The notes: a model not told the origin generated them from the letters alone. DNA of 64,000 nucleotides from a virus (IMGVR_UViG_3300016466_000841:13976-77975), one strand, 5' to 3'; shown: positions 17,040-24,001, counted from the first letter of the stretch. Program-made: numbers and translations.

Positions 17040-17618
17040 TTATTTGAATCTTGGTCCTGCTACCCACCCCACCAAACTCATTCGCTGACCCGACGTCACT
17101 GGTGTGACTTCGTGCAACACCCAGCTGGGAAAAAATATCAATTTTCCTCTTTCTTTTGGCGCTACGGTTGGCTGTTCTCCAAAATAAAGTTTCAAGTCAC
17201 CGCCCTCATAGTCGTTGGGATTTGATAATTGTAAAACAAAACTCAATTTTCTGCAACCACCTATTCGCTCACCTATGTCGAGATGTGGACCATACTTTCC
17301 ATTCGCTTGCCCAAAATACTGAGTAAATTGTAAATCTTCGATGTGAGTGAGGTCATAATGGAAATATTTGTCATTTACTGTTTTGATGTTCCAGGTCAAG
17401 GTGTTGTAGATCCAAGAACAGTCTGGGTCAGTGGACTTTAACCACGCGATATTACTGAGCCTATGACCTGGCGAGGCTGCGATCGCCTCGCCAGGTATGC
17501 CTGGCATTGACCGCCCTAGGTCAATGATTTTATCAAGTTCGTCGTTGGAAAACATGTCGGCTCTCCAAGTCCAGAACTTGTTGTCGGGTGGCGGATCTAA
17601 CAGCCAGGTCATTGTCAA
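17040..17618 (-). CDS. 2OG-Fe(II) oxygenase (PKHD/prolyl-hydroxylase type)
   Basis: HLD, RKLS, YEGGDL, FPSWVLHEVTPVTSGQRMSLVGW. Confidence 0.9.
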   Translation of the reverse strand: MTMTWLLDPPPDNKFWTWRADMFSNDELDKIIDLGRSMPGIPGEAIAASPGHRLSNIAWLKSTDPDCSWIYNTLTWNIKTVNDKYFHYDLTHIEDLQFTQYFGQANGKYGPHLDIGERIGGCRKLSFVLQLSNPNDYEGGDLKLYFGEQPTVAPKERGKLIFFPSWVLHEVTPVTSGQRMSLVGWVAGPRFK

Positions 17619-18085
17619 GCCACTCGTGTGATACTCTTTAGACGATCGGCAGCATAACTGGCCGCGAAGGCTCTAGGCTTGACCATGGGTATCACATTGC
17701 ATGTTCCACGTATGTAACCAATAGCTTGACCAATCACACAACTCGATCCGTGCATTTCGTCGGGGTTGATGTCAAGATGCACTTCCACTTCACGATCTTC
17801 CAATGCCGGGGCAAGCCGTTGGAACATTTCTGATACACGGTACACTTCGTTCATGAGCCGCATGCTGGGACGATCGGCTTTTTGATCGTAGTCTCTTTCT
17901 CTGGAAACTTCTCCAAAAATCTTGCAACCGTGGCGCCCGCCGATGTGCACCACTATGGCCACTGTGTATTCGGCCCACCATACTTTGTCAGACTTGTAGC
18001 GTTCTGAGTCAGCGCCGAGATAGACACGAGTACCTGGAGGTTGAGCTTGTATGAATCCTACCACTTGATCGATGTCAATTTTCAT
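17615..18085 (-). CDS. RNase H-like YkuK family protein (DUF458)
   Basis: YLGADS, RLMNE, EVHLDIN, KPRAFAASYAAD. Confidence 0.85.
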   Translation of the reverse strand: MKIDIDQVVGFIQAQPPGTRVYLGADSERYKSDKVWWAEYTVAIVVHIGGRHGCKIFGEVSRERDYDQKADRPSMRLMNEVYRVSEMFQRLAPALEDREVEVHLDINPDEMHGSSCVIGQAIGYIRGTCNVIPMVKPRAFAASYAADRLKSITRVA

Positions 18086-18116
18086 GATATCCCTTTGCTG
18101 TATTTACATTGACTCT

Positions 18117-18193
18117 TGGCCGGTCCGGCAGGATTCGAACCCACGACCTCCTGTTTCGAAGACAGGCACTCTGTCCAACTGAGTTACGGACCG
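18117..18193 (-). tRNA. tRNA-Arg(UCG)
   Basis: Loop CT-TCG-AA; CCA. Confidence 0.9.
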
Positions 18194-18197
18194 CCGA

Positions 18198-18289
18198 TGG
18201 TGGAGAATGTGGGATTCGAACCCACGGTACTGGTTACCCAATACGACGGGTTAGCAACCCGCTGCCTTCAGCCTCTCAGCCAACTCTCC
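18198..18289 (-). tRNA. tRNA-Ser(GCU)
   Basis: Loop TT-GCT-AA; long variable arm; CCA. Confidence 0.95.
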
Positions 18290-18305
18290 AATTTGAAAAA
18301 TATGA

Positions 18306-18380
18306 TGGTACACCGTAGGGGAATCGAACCCCTCTTACCTGCGTGAAAGGCGGGTGTCCTAACCGATAGACGAACGGTGC
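18306..18380 (-). tRNA. tRNA-Glu(UUC)
   Basis: Loop CT-TTC-AC; CCA. Confidence 0.95.
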
Positions 18381-18421
18381 CTAGTACTTTAGTACAACTA
18401 GATTCGGTAAATAGCTAAACA

Positions 18422-19024
18422 ATGCAGTTACAATTTAATAAAATACGCGATTTTGTTTATTCTGTCAACCTCGATGTGCAGGTCGACCATGCCACTGTTT
18501 CAACAGCCCTAGAAAAAGAAACTTGGATTCCAGATCGGGCGGCCTACGGACAGGCCGATTTCGCGAGCCGATACTATCTTGAATGGAATAAAATTTCTGG
18601 TCCTGTGCTACGAGATCTGCAAGGTTGGGCCTGCTCGGACTCGTTCCGTAGGAGCGTGATCGATCAGCTCTACAGCGAACCTACTTTTGCCGAGTACTGG
18701 AGCATTGATCCCGAAACCATGTTTGGCATCACGTCAAGCTCGGGTCAATTCCTCAAAGATTTACCGGGATTCGGAGCCGGAATACACCTTGATAATCGAT
18801 TACAAGTCGCCTCGGGCATGATCTATTTCATCAATGGCGACGACGAAAATCAAAGCACGGTTTTTTATCGCGACCAAAACAAACGCTCACCGGCAAGGAT
18901 ACCCACCGGTCATGGTCGAGGTTGGATCGCTGCCAACATGCACGACAGCTGGCACGATGGATGGAATCACAGTGATCAACCGCGCTACAGCATGATCTTA
19001 AGCATTGGTCTCAGGATCAATTAA
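18422..19024 (+). CDS. 2OG-Fe(II) oxygenase-like protein, antisense within the tRNA array
   Basis: IHLD...WHDG...RYS; TAAATA at 18408-18413. Confidence 0.6.
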   Translation: MQLQFNKIRDFVYSVNLDVQVDHATVSTALEKETWIPDRAAYGQADFASRYYLEWNKISGPVLRDLQGWACSDSFRRSVIDQLYSEPTFAEYWSIDPETMFGITSSSGQFLKDLPGFGAGIHLDNRLQVASGMIYFINGDDENQSTVFYRDQNKRSPARIPTGHGRGWIAANMHDSWHDGWNHSDQPRYSMILSIGLRIN

Positions 19025-19027
19025 ATC

Positions 19028-19104
19028 TGGCTACGGCGGAGGGATTCGAACCCCCAACATACAGTTTTGGAGACTGTCGTTCTGCCAGTTGGAACTACGC
19101 CGTA
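19028..19104 (-). tRNA. tRNA-Trp(CCA)
   Basis: Loop CT-CCA-AA; CCA end. Confidence 0.95.
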
Positions 19105-19111
19105 ATGTCAT

Positions 19112-19199
19112 TGGAGGAAGAGGTGGGATTCGAACCCACGGACCCTTGCGAGCCGCTGGTTTTCAAGACCAGAGCCATAGACCACTCGACCACTCTTCC
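19112..19199 (-). tRNA. tRNA-Ser(UGA)
   Basis: Loop CT-TGA-AA; variable arm; CCA. Confidence 0.95.
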
Positions 19200-19204
19200 A
19201 TTAT

Positions 19205-19290
19205 TGGTGCCATGCTCTGCTTCGAAACAGAGCTCTCGTTGCAGTTTGAGAGGCTTCGTGGCTAGCATCGAGAGGCCGTCCTGCCACAGC
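19205..19290 (-). ncRNA. tRNA-like RNA without a canonical D arm or anticodon loop
   Basis: GCTGTG/CATGGC acceptor-like stem + ACCA; T arm CTCTG-TTTCGAAG-CAGAG; stem CTCTCG/CGAGAG enclosing ~30 nt. Confidence 0.6.
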
Positions 19291-19311
19291 GTAAGGCGAC
19301 GCTGTGCATCT

Positions 19312-19392
19312 TGGTGCCCCTAATCGGATTCGAACCGATAGTTATGACACTCCTTTTGAGAGAGCCGCCTTTACCAATTTGGCCATAGGGGC
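19312..19392 (-). tRNA. tRNA-Leu(CAA)
   Basis: Loop CT-CAA-AA; short variable arm; CCA. Confidence 0.9.
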
Positions 19393-19394
19393 AT

Positions 19395-19471
19395 TGGTGG
19401 TGATGGAGGGATTCGAGCCCCCGATCTTCCGCGTATGAAGCGGCTGCATTCACCAGCTATGCTACATCACC
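19395..19471 (-). tRNA. tRNA(CAU), elongator Met or Ile2
   Basis: Loop TT-CAT-AC; paired G1:C72; CCA. Confidence 0.85.
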
Positions 19472-19519
19472 TTATTGTGCATTGTCTTTGATCCATTGCC
19501 AACGTTCTTGTTGAGTCAT
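19472..19519 (-). CDS. Candidate 15-aa mini-ORF between tRNAs
   Basis: AAGGAG-N7-ATG; MTQQERWQWIKDNAQ; the stop abuts tRNA nucleotide 1. Confidence 0.45.
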   Translation of the reverse strand: MTQQERWQWIKDNAQ

Positions 19520-19537
19520 GGTCGTTCTCCTTGTTTA

Positions 19538-19614
19538 TGGTGCCTGTTCGTGGGTTCGAACCACGGACCCCCGCGTTATCAACACGGTGCTCTGACCTGC
19601 TGAGCTAAACAGGC
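19538..19614 (-). tRNA. tRNA-Ile(GAU)
   Basis: Loop TT-GAT-AA; CCA. Confidence 0.95.
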
Positions 19615-19616
19615 AT

Positions 19617-19711
19617 TGGTACTCCCACTCAGATTCGAACTGAGATCATCCCCTCATCTAGAGGCATCGCCGGAGTATAAGGCCGGAGCTTTACCATTAA
19701 GCTATGGGAGC
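19617..19711 (-). tRNA. Atypical tRNA-Ile(UAU) with ~25-nt variable arm
   Basis: Good acceptor, D and T arms; loop CT-TAT-AC; extra arm with CCTC-TAGAT-GAGG hairpin. Confidence 0.75.
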
Positions 19712-19715
19712 AAAT

Positions 19716-19793
19716 TGGAAGTGAGAGTGGGATTCGAACCCACGGTTGTGCTGCTTTGCAGGCAGTTGCCTTGGACCGCTCGGCCATCTCACT
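19716..19793 (-). tRNA. tRNA-Cys(GCA)
   Basis: Loop CT-GCA-AA; U73; CCA. Confidence 0.95.
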
Positions 19794-19798
19794 GTGTT

Positions 19799-19874
19799 TG
19801 GCTGTCCAGGCTGGGCTCGAACCAGCGACAGGGTGATTAACAGTCACCTACTCTACCTACTGAGCTACTGGACA
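19799..19874 (-). tRNA. tRNA-Asn(GUU)
   Basis: Loop CT-GTT-AA; CCA. Confidence 0.95.
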
Positions 19875-19882
19875 ATGAAACT

Positions 19883-19957
19883 TGGCGGTCCCAAGGGGAA
19901 TCGAACCCCTCCATCCGCCGTGACAGGGCGGTGTACTAACCGATATACTATGGGACC
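19883..19957 (-). tRNA. tRNA-Asp(GUC)
   Basis: Loop CT-GTC-AC; CCA. Confidence 0.95.
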
Positions 19958-19965
19958 AAAACTGG

Positions 19966-20355
19966 CTAATTCAAAAGATATTCGTTATATTTCTCCCCAC
20001 CAATATTGATTTGTCCTTTTGTGGTCAATACATTATGGGGTATCAGTGCTTGTTTTCCTGTGACAAGATGATGTAAAAAAATCAAATCCCAATTTTGTTG
20101 TTGGATAGTCTTGGATGGTTTATTGAAAGACATGTTTCCGCCCTTGACGTCGGCATTGAACATCATTATTCCACTTTCTTTGAGTTGGTGCGATGTCTTG
20201 ACTTGGACTTTTTTGAGAATTCCGTCCATTTCCACAATCAAATCCCAATCAGCACTATCTGTCAAAGGAAGTGCTACATCATAACCTTTTGAAGTGAAAT
20301 AGGCAATCGCTTGTCCTAATCCAGCATCACCTTGCTTTTTACTATTTTTGAACAT
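19966..20355 (-). CDS. PD-(D/E)XK endonuclease, probable free-standing homing endonuclease
   Basis: KQGDAG, PLTDSADWDLIV, KVQVKT; AT-rich relative to its neighbours. Confidence 0.75.
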   Translation of the reverse strand: MFKNSKKQGDAGLGQAIAYFTSKGYDVALPLTDSADWDLIVEMDGILKKVQVKTSHQLKESGIMMFNADVKGGNMSFNKPSKTIQQQNWDLIFLHHLVTGKQALIPHNVLTTKGQINIGGEKYNEYLLN

Positions 20356-20400
20356 ATCAGTCTCCTTTGTTTTATTTAGCGGACTGATAGTCTGTTATAT

Positions 20401-20487
20401 TGGTGGGTGCCCACGGATTCGAACCGCGAAGGCCAAAGACAAGAGATTTACAGTCTCCCCCCGATACCGTTACGGGACTAGACACCC
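20401..20487 (-). tRNA. tRNA-Tyr(GUA)
   Basis: Loop CT-GTA-AA; variable arm; CCA. Confidence 0.95.
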
Positions 20488-20492
20488 AAAAA

Positions 20493-20697
20493 TGGCGGTT
20501 CTTGTGGACTTTCACCACACTCTTGCAGTCTGAGAGCTTTACCAGTGTCCCGTATCGTCACCGGTCAGGGCTATTGTCGGGGGTTGCATGACGACCTAGT
20601 CTAGACATTGCGTGTGACTAGCACGCCTGTTTCCATCCTGTCCATCACTACCTGGCAGGGAACTGAGAGCTCAGAAGGAGTACCTTACCGGAGAACC
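20493..20697 (-). ncRNA. 205-nt tRNA-like RNA with tmRNA-like architecture
   Basis: GGTTCT/AGAACC-G-CCA acceptor; GTGG-TGAAAGT-CCAC T-like arm; nested stems ACTC/GAGT, TCTGAG/CTCAGA, CAGT/ACTG, TCCC/GGGA, GTCGTCA/TGACGAT. Confidence 0.65.
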
Positions 20698-20818
20698 ATA
20701 TTGAAACACACTGATTGAACCATTACCTCTTTCGAGTCCGTCCTTACCGTCGGGCGTTAAACAATGTGCTTCAATATGGCACCACAGAACACAGTCTATA
20801 CGAAATGTGTTTTGTGGT
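20696..20818. repeat. Spacer hairpins, copies 2 and 3
   Basis: ccatattgaaacaca...tgtgcttcaatatgg and accacagaacaca...tgtgttttgtggt. Confidence 0.75.
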
Positions 20819-20822
20819 CAAC

Positions 20823-20947
20823 CATAGACAGGATCGTGTCCTGCCCCGGAGTCTTACTGGTGCCGTTTCCGCCAGCACTGTCATGTATCCGGTCCGCCCG
20901 TTCGTCTTTTTATTCTACGCTGACTTGGCCCTCGTTGCCTGGCGTAT
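20823..20947 (-). ncRNA. Structured RNA element directly after the attenuator
   Basis: Stems TACGC/GCGTA, CCGGA/TCCGG, GTGCTG/CGGCAC, GGGCAGGA/TCCTGTCT; no credible ORF. Confidence 0.5.
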
Positions 20948-20982
20948 AAAACAAAAAACCCTGGTATCTTTCGATCCAGGGT
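20948..20982 (-). terminator. Intrinsic terminator of the putative attenuator
   Basis: ACCCTGG-ATC-GAAA-GAT-A-CCAGGGT followed by TTTTTGTTTT. Confidence 0.9.
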
Positions 20983-21025
20983 CCCGGTAGTTTGAACTGA
21001 TTACAACTCGATCTACTCGGACCCT
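20978..21025 (-). promoter_or_regulatory. Antiterminator hairpin overlapping the leader stop codon and the terminator 5' arm
   Basis: AGGGTCC-GA-GTAG ... CTAC-CG-GGACCCT; shares ACCCT with the terminator. Confidence 0.7.
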
Positions 21026-21141
21026 CCATGATCACTATTCTCAATGGCACGGGTATATCCAAAAGAGGGCCATAGTGTTAGGCCGCCCTGTGCTGGACAT
21101 GCATGCATCTTCGATATGAGTGATAAGTGTTGAGTCATCAT
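21013..21141 (-). CDS. Putative leaderless leader peptide (42 aa) of the tRNA array
   Basis: MMTQHLSLISKMHACPAQGGLTLWPSFGYTRAIENSDHGGSE*; ATG 7 nt after the -10 box; stop lies inside the antiterminator. Confidence 0.65.
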   Translation of the reverse strand: MMTQHLSLISKMHACPAQGGLTLWPSFGYTRAIENSDHGGSE

Positions 21142-21148
21142 AGTATCT

Positions 21149-21177
21149 ATTGTATGAGTTTATTTATACCTTGTCAA
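21149..21177 (-). promoter_or_regulatory. tRNA-array promoter: sigma70 with nested T4-type late box
   Basis: TTGACA-N17-TACAAT; TATAAATA in the spacer. Confidence 0.85.
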
Positions 21178-21187
21178 CGGCTTTTGG

Positions 21188-21215
21188 AAAAAACCCTACC
21201 AAAAGTAGGGTTTTT
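21188..21215. terminator. Bidirectional intrinsic terminator after ahpF
   Basis: aaaaaa-ccctac-caaaa-gtaggg-ttttt. Confidence 0.85.
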
Positions 21216-21218
21216 GGT

Positions 21219-22730
21219 TTAATTGCGTATGATGTAGTCAAATGCTCCTAGTGCGGCAGTGGCACCCGATCCCATGGAGATGATGATCTGCTTGTAAGGC
21301 ACATTGGTGCAGTCGCCGGCAGCGAACACACCCGGCATGGTGGTGGCACCATGACCATCCACGATGATCTCGCCGTAGCGTGTGCGGTCCACTGCACCCT
21401 CCAGCCAGTCAGTGTTGGGCACCAGGCCGATCTGGATGAAAACACCTTCCAAGGCCAGATGCTGGTTGATGCCAGTATCTCGCTCAGTATAAGTGATGCC
21501 CGTGACCTTTTCTACTCCGGTTATCTCTGTGACCTGCACATTGGTATAGACGGTGACATTGGACAGACTTTTAAGACGATTCTGCAACACTTGGTCGGCT
21601 TTGAGTTTGGGCATGAACTCAAACACAGTGACATGCCCAACGATACCAGCGAGATCGATGGCTGCTTCCACGCCCGAGTTACCACCACCGATCACTGCCA
21701 CATGTTTTCCTTTAAACAAAGGACCGTCACAGTGTGGGCAGTAAGCGACACCGCGGTTCTTGAACTCTTCTTCGCCAGGCACGCCGAGATTGCGCCATCT
21801 AGCACCTGTGGCAATGATCACTGTCTTAGACTTGAGGGTGGCACCTGACTCCAGTTCTACTTTGATCTGACCGTTTTTCTCGATGCGAGCAGCTCGTTGC
21901 AGGTTGAAGATGTCTACAGGGTACTCCTTGACATGTTCTTCGAGACTGGCAACGAGTTTTGGCCCTTCGGTGTATTTCGTGCCGATTAGATTCTCAATGC
22001 CCATGGTGTCCATGACCTGTCCGCCAAAGCGTTCAGCAACGATGGCAGTGCGGATGCCTTTGCGAGCAGCATACACAGCGGCCGCGGCACCAGCGGGTCC
22101 GCCACCCACCACCAAGACATCATACTCGCGGCCATCGATGTCTGAGACATCTGCGGCACTGCCCAACCGGGCCAAGATCTCTTCTACGGTCATGCGGCCT
22201 GACCCAAAGGCGTCACCGTTGAGCCATACACTGGGAACTGCCATGATGTTGCGATTGGTGGCTTCTTCTTGGAAAGCCGCACCGTCGATCATCACATGGG
22301 TGATGTTGGGATTCAACACTGCCATGGTGTTGAGTGCTTGTACCACATCAGGGCAGTTATGACAAGTGAGACTGATGTAAGTTTCAAAACGATATTCGCC
22401 GCGCAGAGCCTTGATCTGCTCAATGATCCGGTCGTCGATCTTGGGTTTCCTGCCACTGACCTGTAGCAAAGCCAATACAAGACTAGTGAACTCGTGTCCA
22501 GTGGGCACACCTGCGAAAGTGATCCTGTCTCCTACACGGAAACTGGGAGTGCGTGGCAGTTGCCCGGGCTCGATGGTGATGAGGTCTGTCATGCCAGCAA
22601 TCTCATGCAAGAGATCCAACATGGCTTGGCTGGTCTCGTCTACACCTGCTCGCACGGTGATGGCAACAGGTCCTTCCAGTAGTCGTAGATACTGCTCAAG
22701 TTGTTGTTTTATTGATTGTTCTAACGGCAT
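21219..22730 (-). CDS. ahpF: Alkyl hydroperoxide reductase subunit F
   Basis: [42 protein letters not shown]. Confidence 0.95.
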   Translation of the reverse strand: MPLEQSIKQQLEQYLRLLEGPVAITVRAGVDETSQAMLDLLHEIAGMTDLITIEPGQLPRTPSFRVGDRITFAGVPTGHEFTSLVLALLQVSGRKPKIDDRIIEQIKALRGEYRFETYISLTCHNCPDVVQALNTMAVLNPNITHVMIDGAAFQEEATNRNIMAVPSVWLNGDAFGSGRMTVEEILARLGSAADVSDIDGREYDVLVVGGGPAGAAAAVYAARKGIRTAIVAERFGGQVMDTMGIENLIGTKYTEGPKLVASLEEHVKEYPVDIFNLQRAARIEKNGQIKVELESGATLKSKTVIIATGARWRNLGVPGEEEFKNRGVAYCPHCDGPLFKGKHVAVIGGGNSGVEAAIDLAGIVGHVTVFEFMPKLKADQVLQNRLKSLSNVTVYTNVQVTEITGVEKVTGITYTERDTGINQHLALEGVFIQIGLVPNTDWLEGAVDRTRYGEIIVDGHGATTMPGVFAAGDCTNVPYKQIIISMGSGATAALGAFDYIIRN

Positions 22731-22733
22731 TGA

Positions 22734-23354
22734 TTACGCTCTTCCTGATGCTAACACAATGTGACAGATATGCTCTAGTCTTTCTATATGTTCAAACGCA
22801 CGCCAAGGTGTAGTGTCCACGGCTACTACACCGTGTCCTTTGATACCCACAATATCGTAGTCAATATTACCTTCTCTGTCTAATTTTAAAGCACGATGAC
22901 ATTCATCAGCCAATTCCTGACTTATAGGAGGTACATCTCCTACATTGGGCGCCACTCGAGTGTATCTACTGAGTTCAGGAAAGTCTTGAACCAAATCCTG
23001 TAGCACTATTCCTCGATGCATGGCAGCCACGGTATAGGTAGGATGGAAATGCATGACTACTCGAATATCGTTTCGATGCTGCCCCATTTCTCGTTGTAGA
23101 CCAAAATGCAGTGGCAACTCACCACTGGGACGAAGATTGCCACTGAGATCATCCTGTTCTATCGCTTCGGCATGATCCCCCACGATACGCATTTTTTTAA
23201 ACATATCGTACTGCATTTTCTGTTTGCGGACACCGCTAGGCGTGATGTAAAAATGATCACGATCGTGATAGCGTATGCTGACATTGCCGTCACGACTGGT
23301 AATCCAGTTACGCCGATAGGCCTCTACCATGGTATCGCATATGGTTTCTAGCAT
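22734..23354 (-). CDS. Class II aldolase/adducin family protein
   Basis: DGNVSIR, ITPSG, PSGELPLH, HFHP, GHG. Confidence 0.85.
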   Translation of the reverse strand: MLETICDTMVEAYRRNWITSRDGNVSIRYHDRDHFYITPSGVRKQKMQYDMFKKMRIVGDHAEAIEQDDLSGNLRPSGELPLHFGLQREMGQHRNDIRVVMHFHPTYTVAAMHRGIVLQDLVQDFPELSRYTRVAPNVGDVPPISQELADECHRALKLDREGNIDYDIVGIKGHGVVAVDTTPWRAFEHIERLEHICHIVLASGRA

Positions 23355-23357
23355 GGC

Positions 23358-23921
23358 TTAGATTTTGCCTACGAGGTCCAAGCTGGGGGTCAGAGTGGCA
23401 GCGCCTTCTTTCCACTTGGCCGGGCACACTTGACCAGGATTGGCGGCTGTGTACTGTGCGGCCTTGAGCTTGCGCAGGGTTTCGCTGACGTCACGGGCGA
23501 TCTCGTTGCTGTGTACTTCAGCAGTTTTCACGATGCCTTCGGGATTGATCACGAATGTACCACGCAGGGCCAGGCCTTCTTCTTCAATGTGTACACCAAA
23601 GCCACGGCTCAAGGTGTGTGTGGGATCGCCCACCAGGGGAAAGCGAGCCTTGCCCACAGCAGGGCTTGTTTCATGCCAAACCTTGTGGCTGAAGTGTGTG
23701 TCTGTTGTGACGATGTAAACTTCGGCGCCCATCTTTTCGAACTGGGCATAGTTGTCAGCGGCATCTTCGATCTCTGTGGGGCAGTTGAAGGTAAAGGCCG
23801 CGGGCATGAAAATGAACACATTCCACTTACCTTTGATGCTTTCATTGCTGACTTCTACGAACTTTCCGTTGTGGTAGGCTTGTGTTTTGAACTCGGGTAC
23901 TGCTTGATTAATGATACTCAT
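23358..23921 (-). CDS. ahpC: Alkyl hydroperoxide reductase subunit C (2-Cys peroxiredoxin)
   Basis: FTFNCPTE, TDTHFSHKVWH, VCPAKW, PSLDLVGKI. Confidence 0.95.
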   Translation of the reverse strand: MSIINQAVPEFKTQAYHNGKFVEVSNESIKGKWNVFIFMPAAFTFNCPTEIEDAADNYAQFEKMGAEVYIVTTDTHFSHKVWHETSPAVGKARFPLVGDPTHTLSRGFGVHIEEEGLALRGTFVINPEGIVKTAEVHSNEIARDVSETLRKLKAAQYTAANPGQVCPAKWKEGAATLTPSLDLVGKI

Positions 23922-24001
23922 TGTTAAGTTTTCCTTTTTGTTGAGATAATGAAATCATCATCGATTCAAGATCGATGGACGATTTTTATTGCACTGCATG
24001 A

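Noticed and set aside
19617-19711. Amber or ochre suppressor tRNA and stop-codon recoding
   Set aside because: The CTA triplet is in the variable arm and the centred anticodon is TAT. Long conserved genes translate intact in the standard code, and TAG, TAA and TGA all end genes
20493-20697. Canonical tmRNA or group I intron-containing tRNA
   Set aside because: Too short, no G3:U70 or A73, no recognisable tag frame, and no intron core or rejoinable anticodon loop that I can see
14439-20990. Many 60-100 aa ORF-track entries overlapping the tRNA array
   Set aside because: They are translations of tRNA or ncRNA sequence on either strand, with no RBS or protein motifs
21219-23921. Host chromosomal DNA or assembly chimera at ahpCF
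   Set aside because: The promoter contains the phage late box TATAAATA and the operon is tightly embedded among phage genes; read coverage would be needed to exclude this fully
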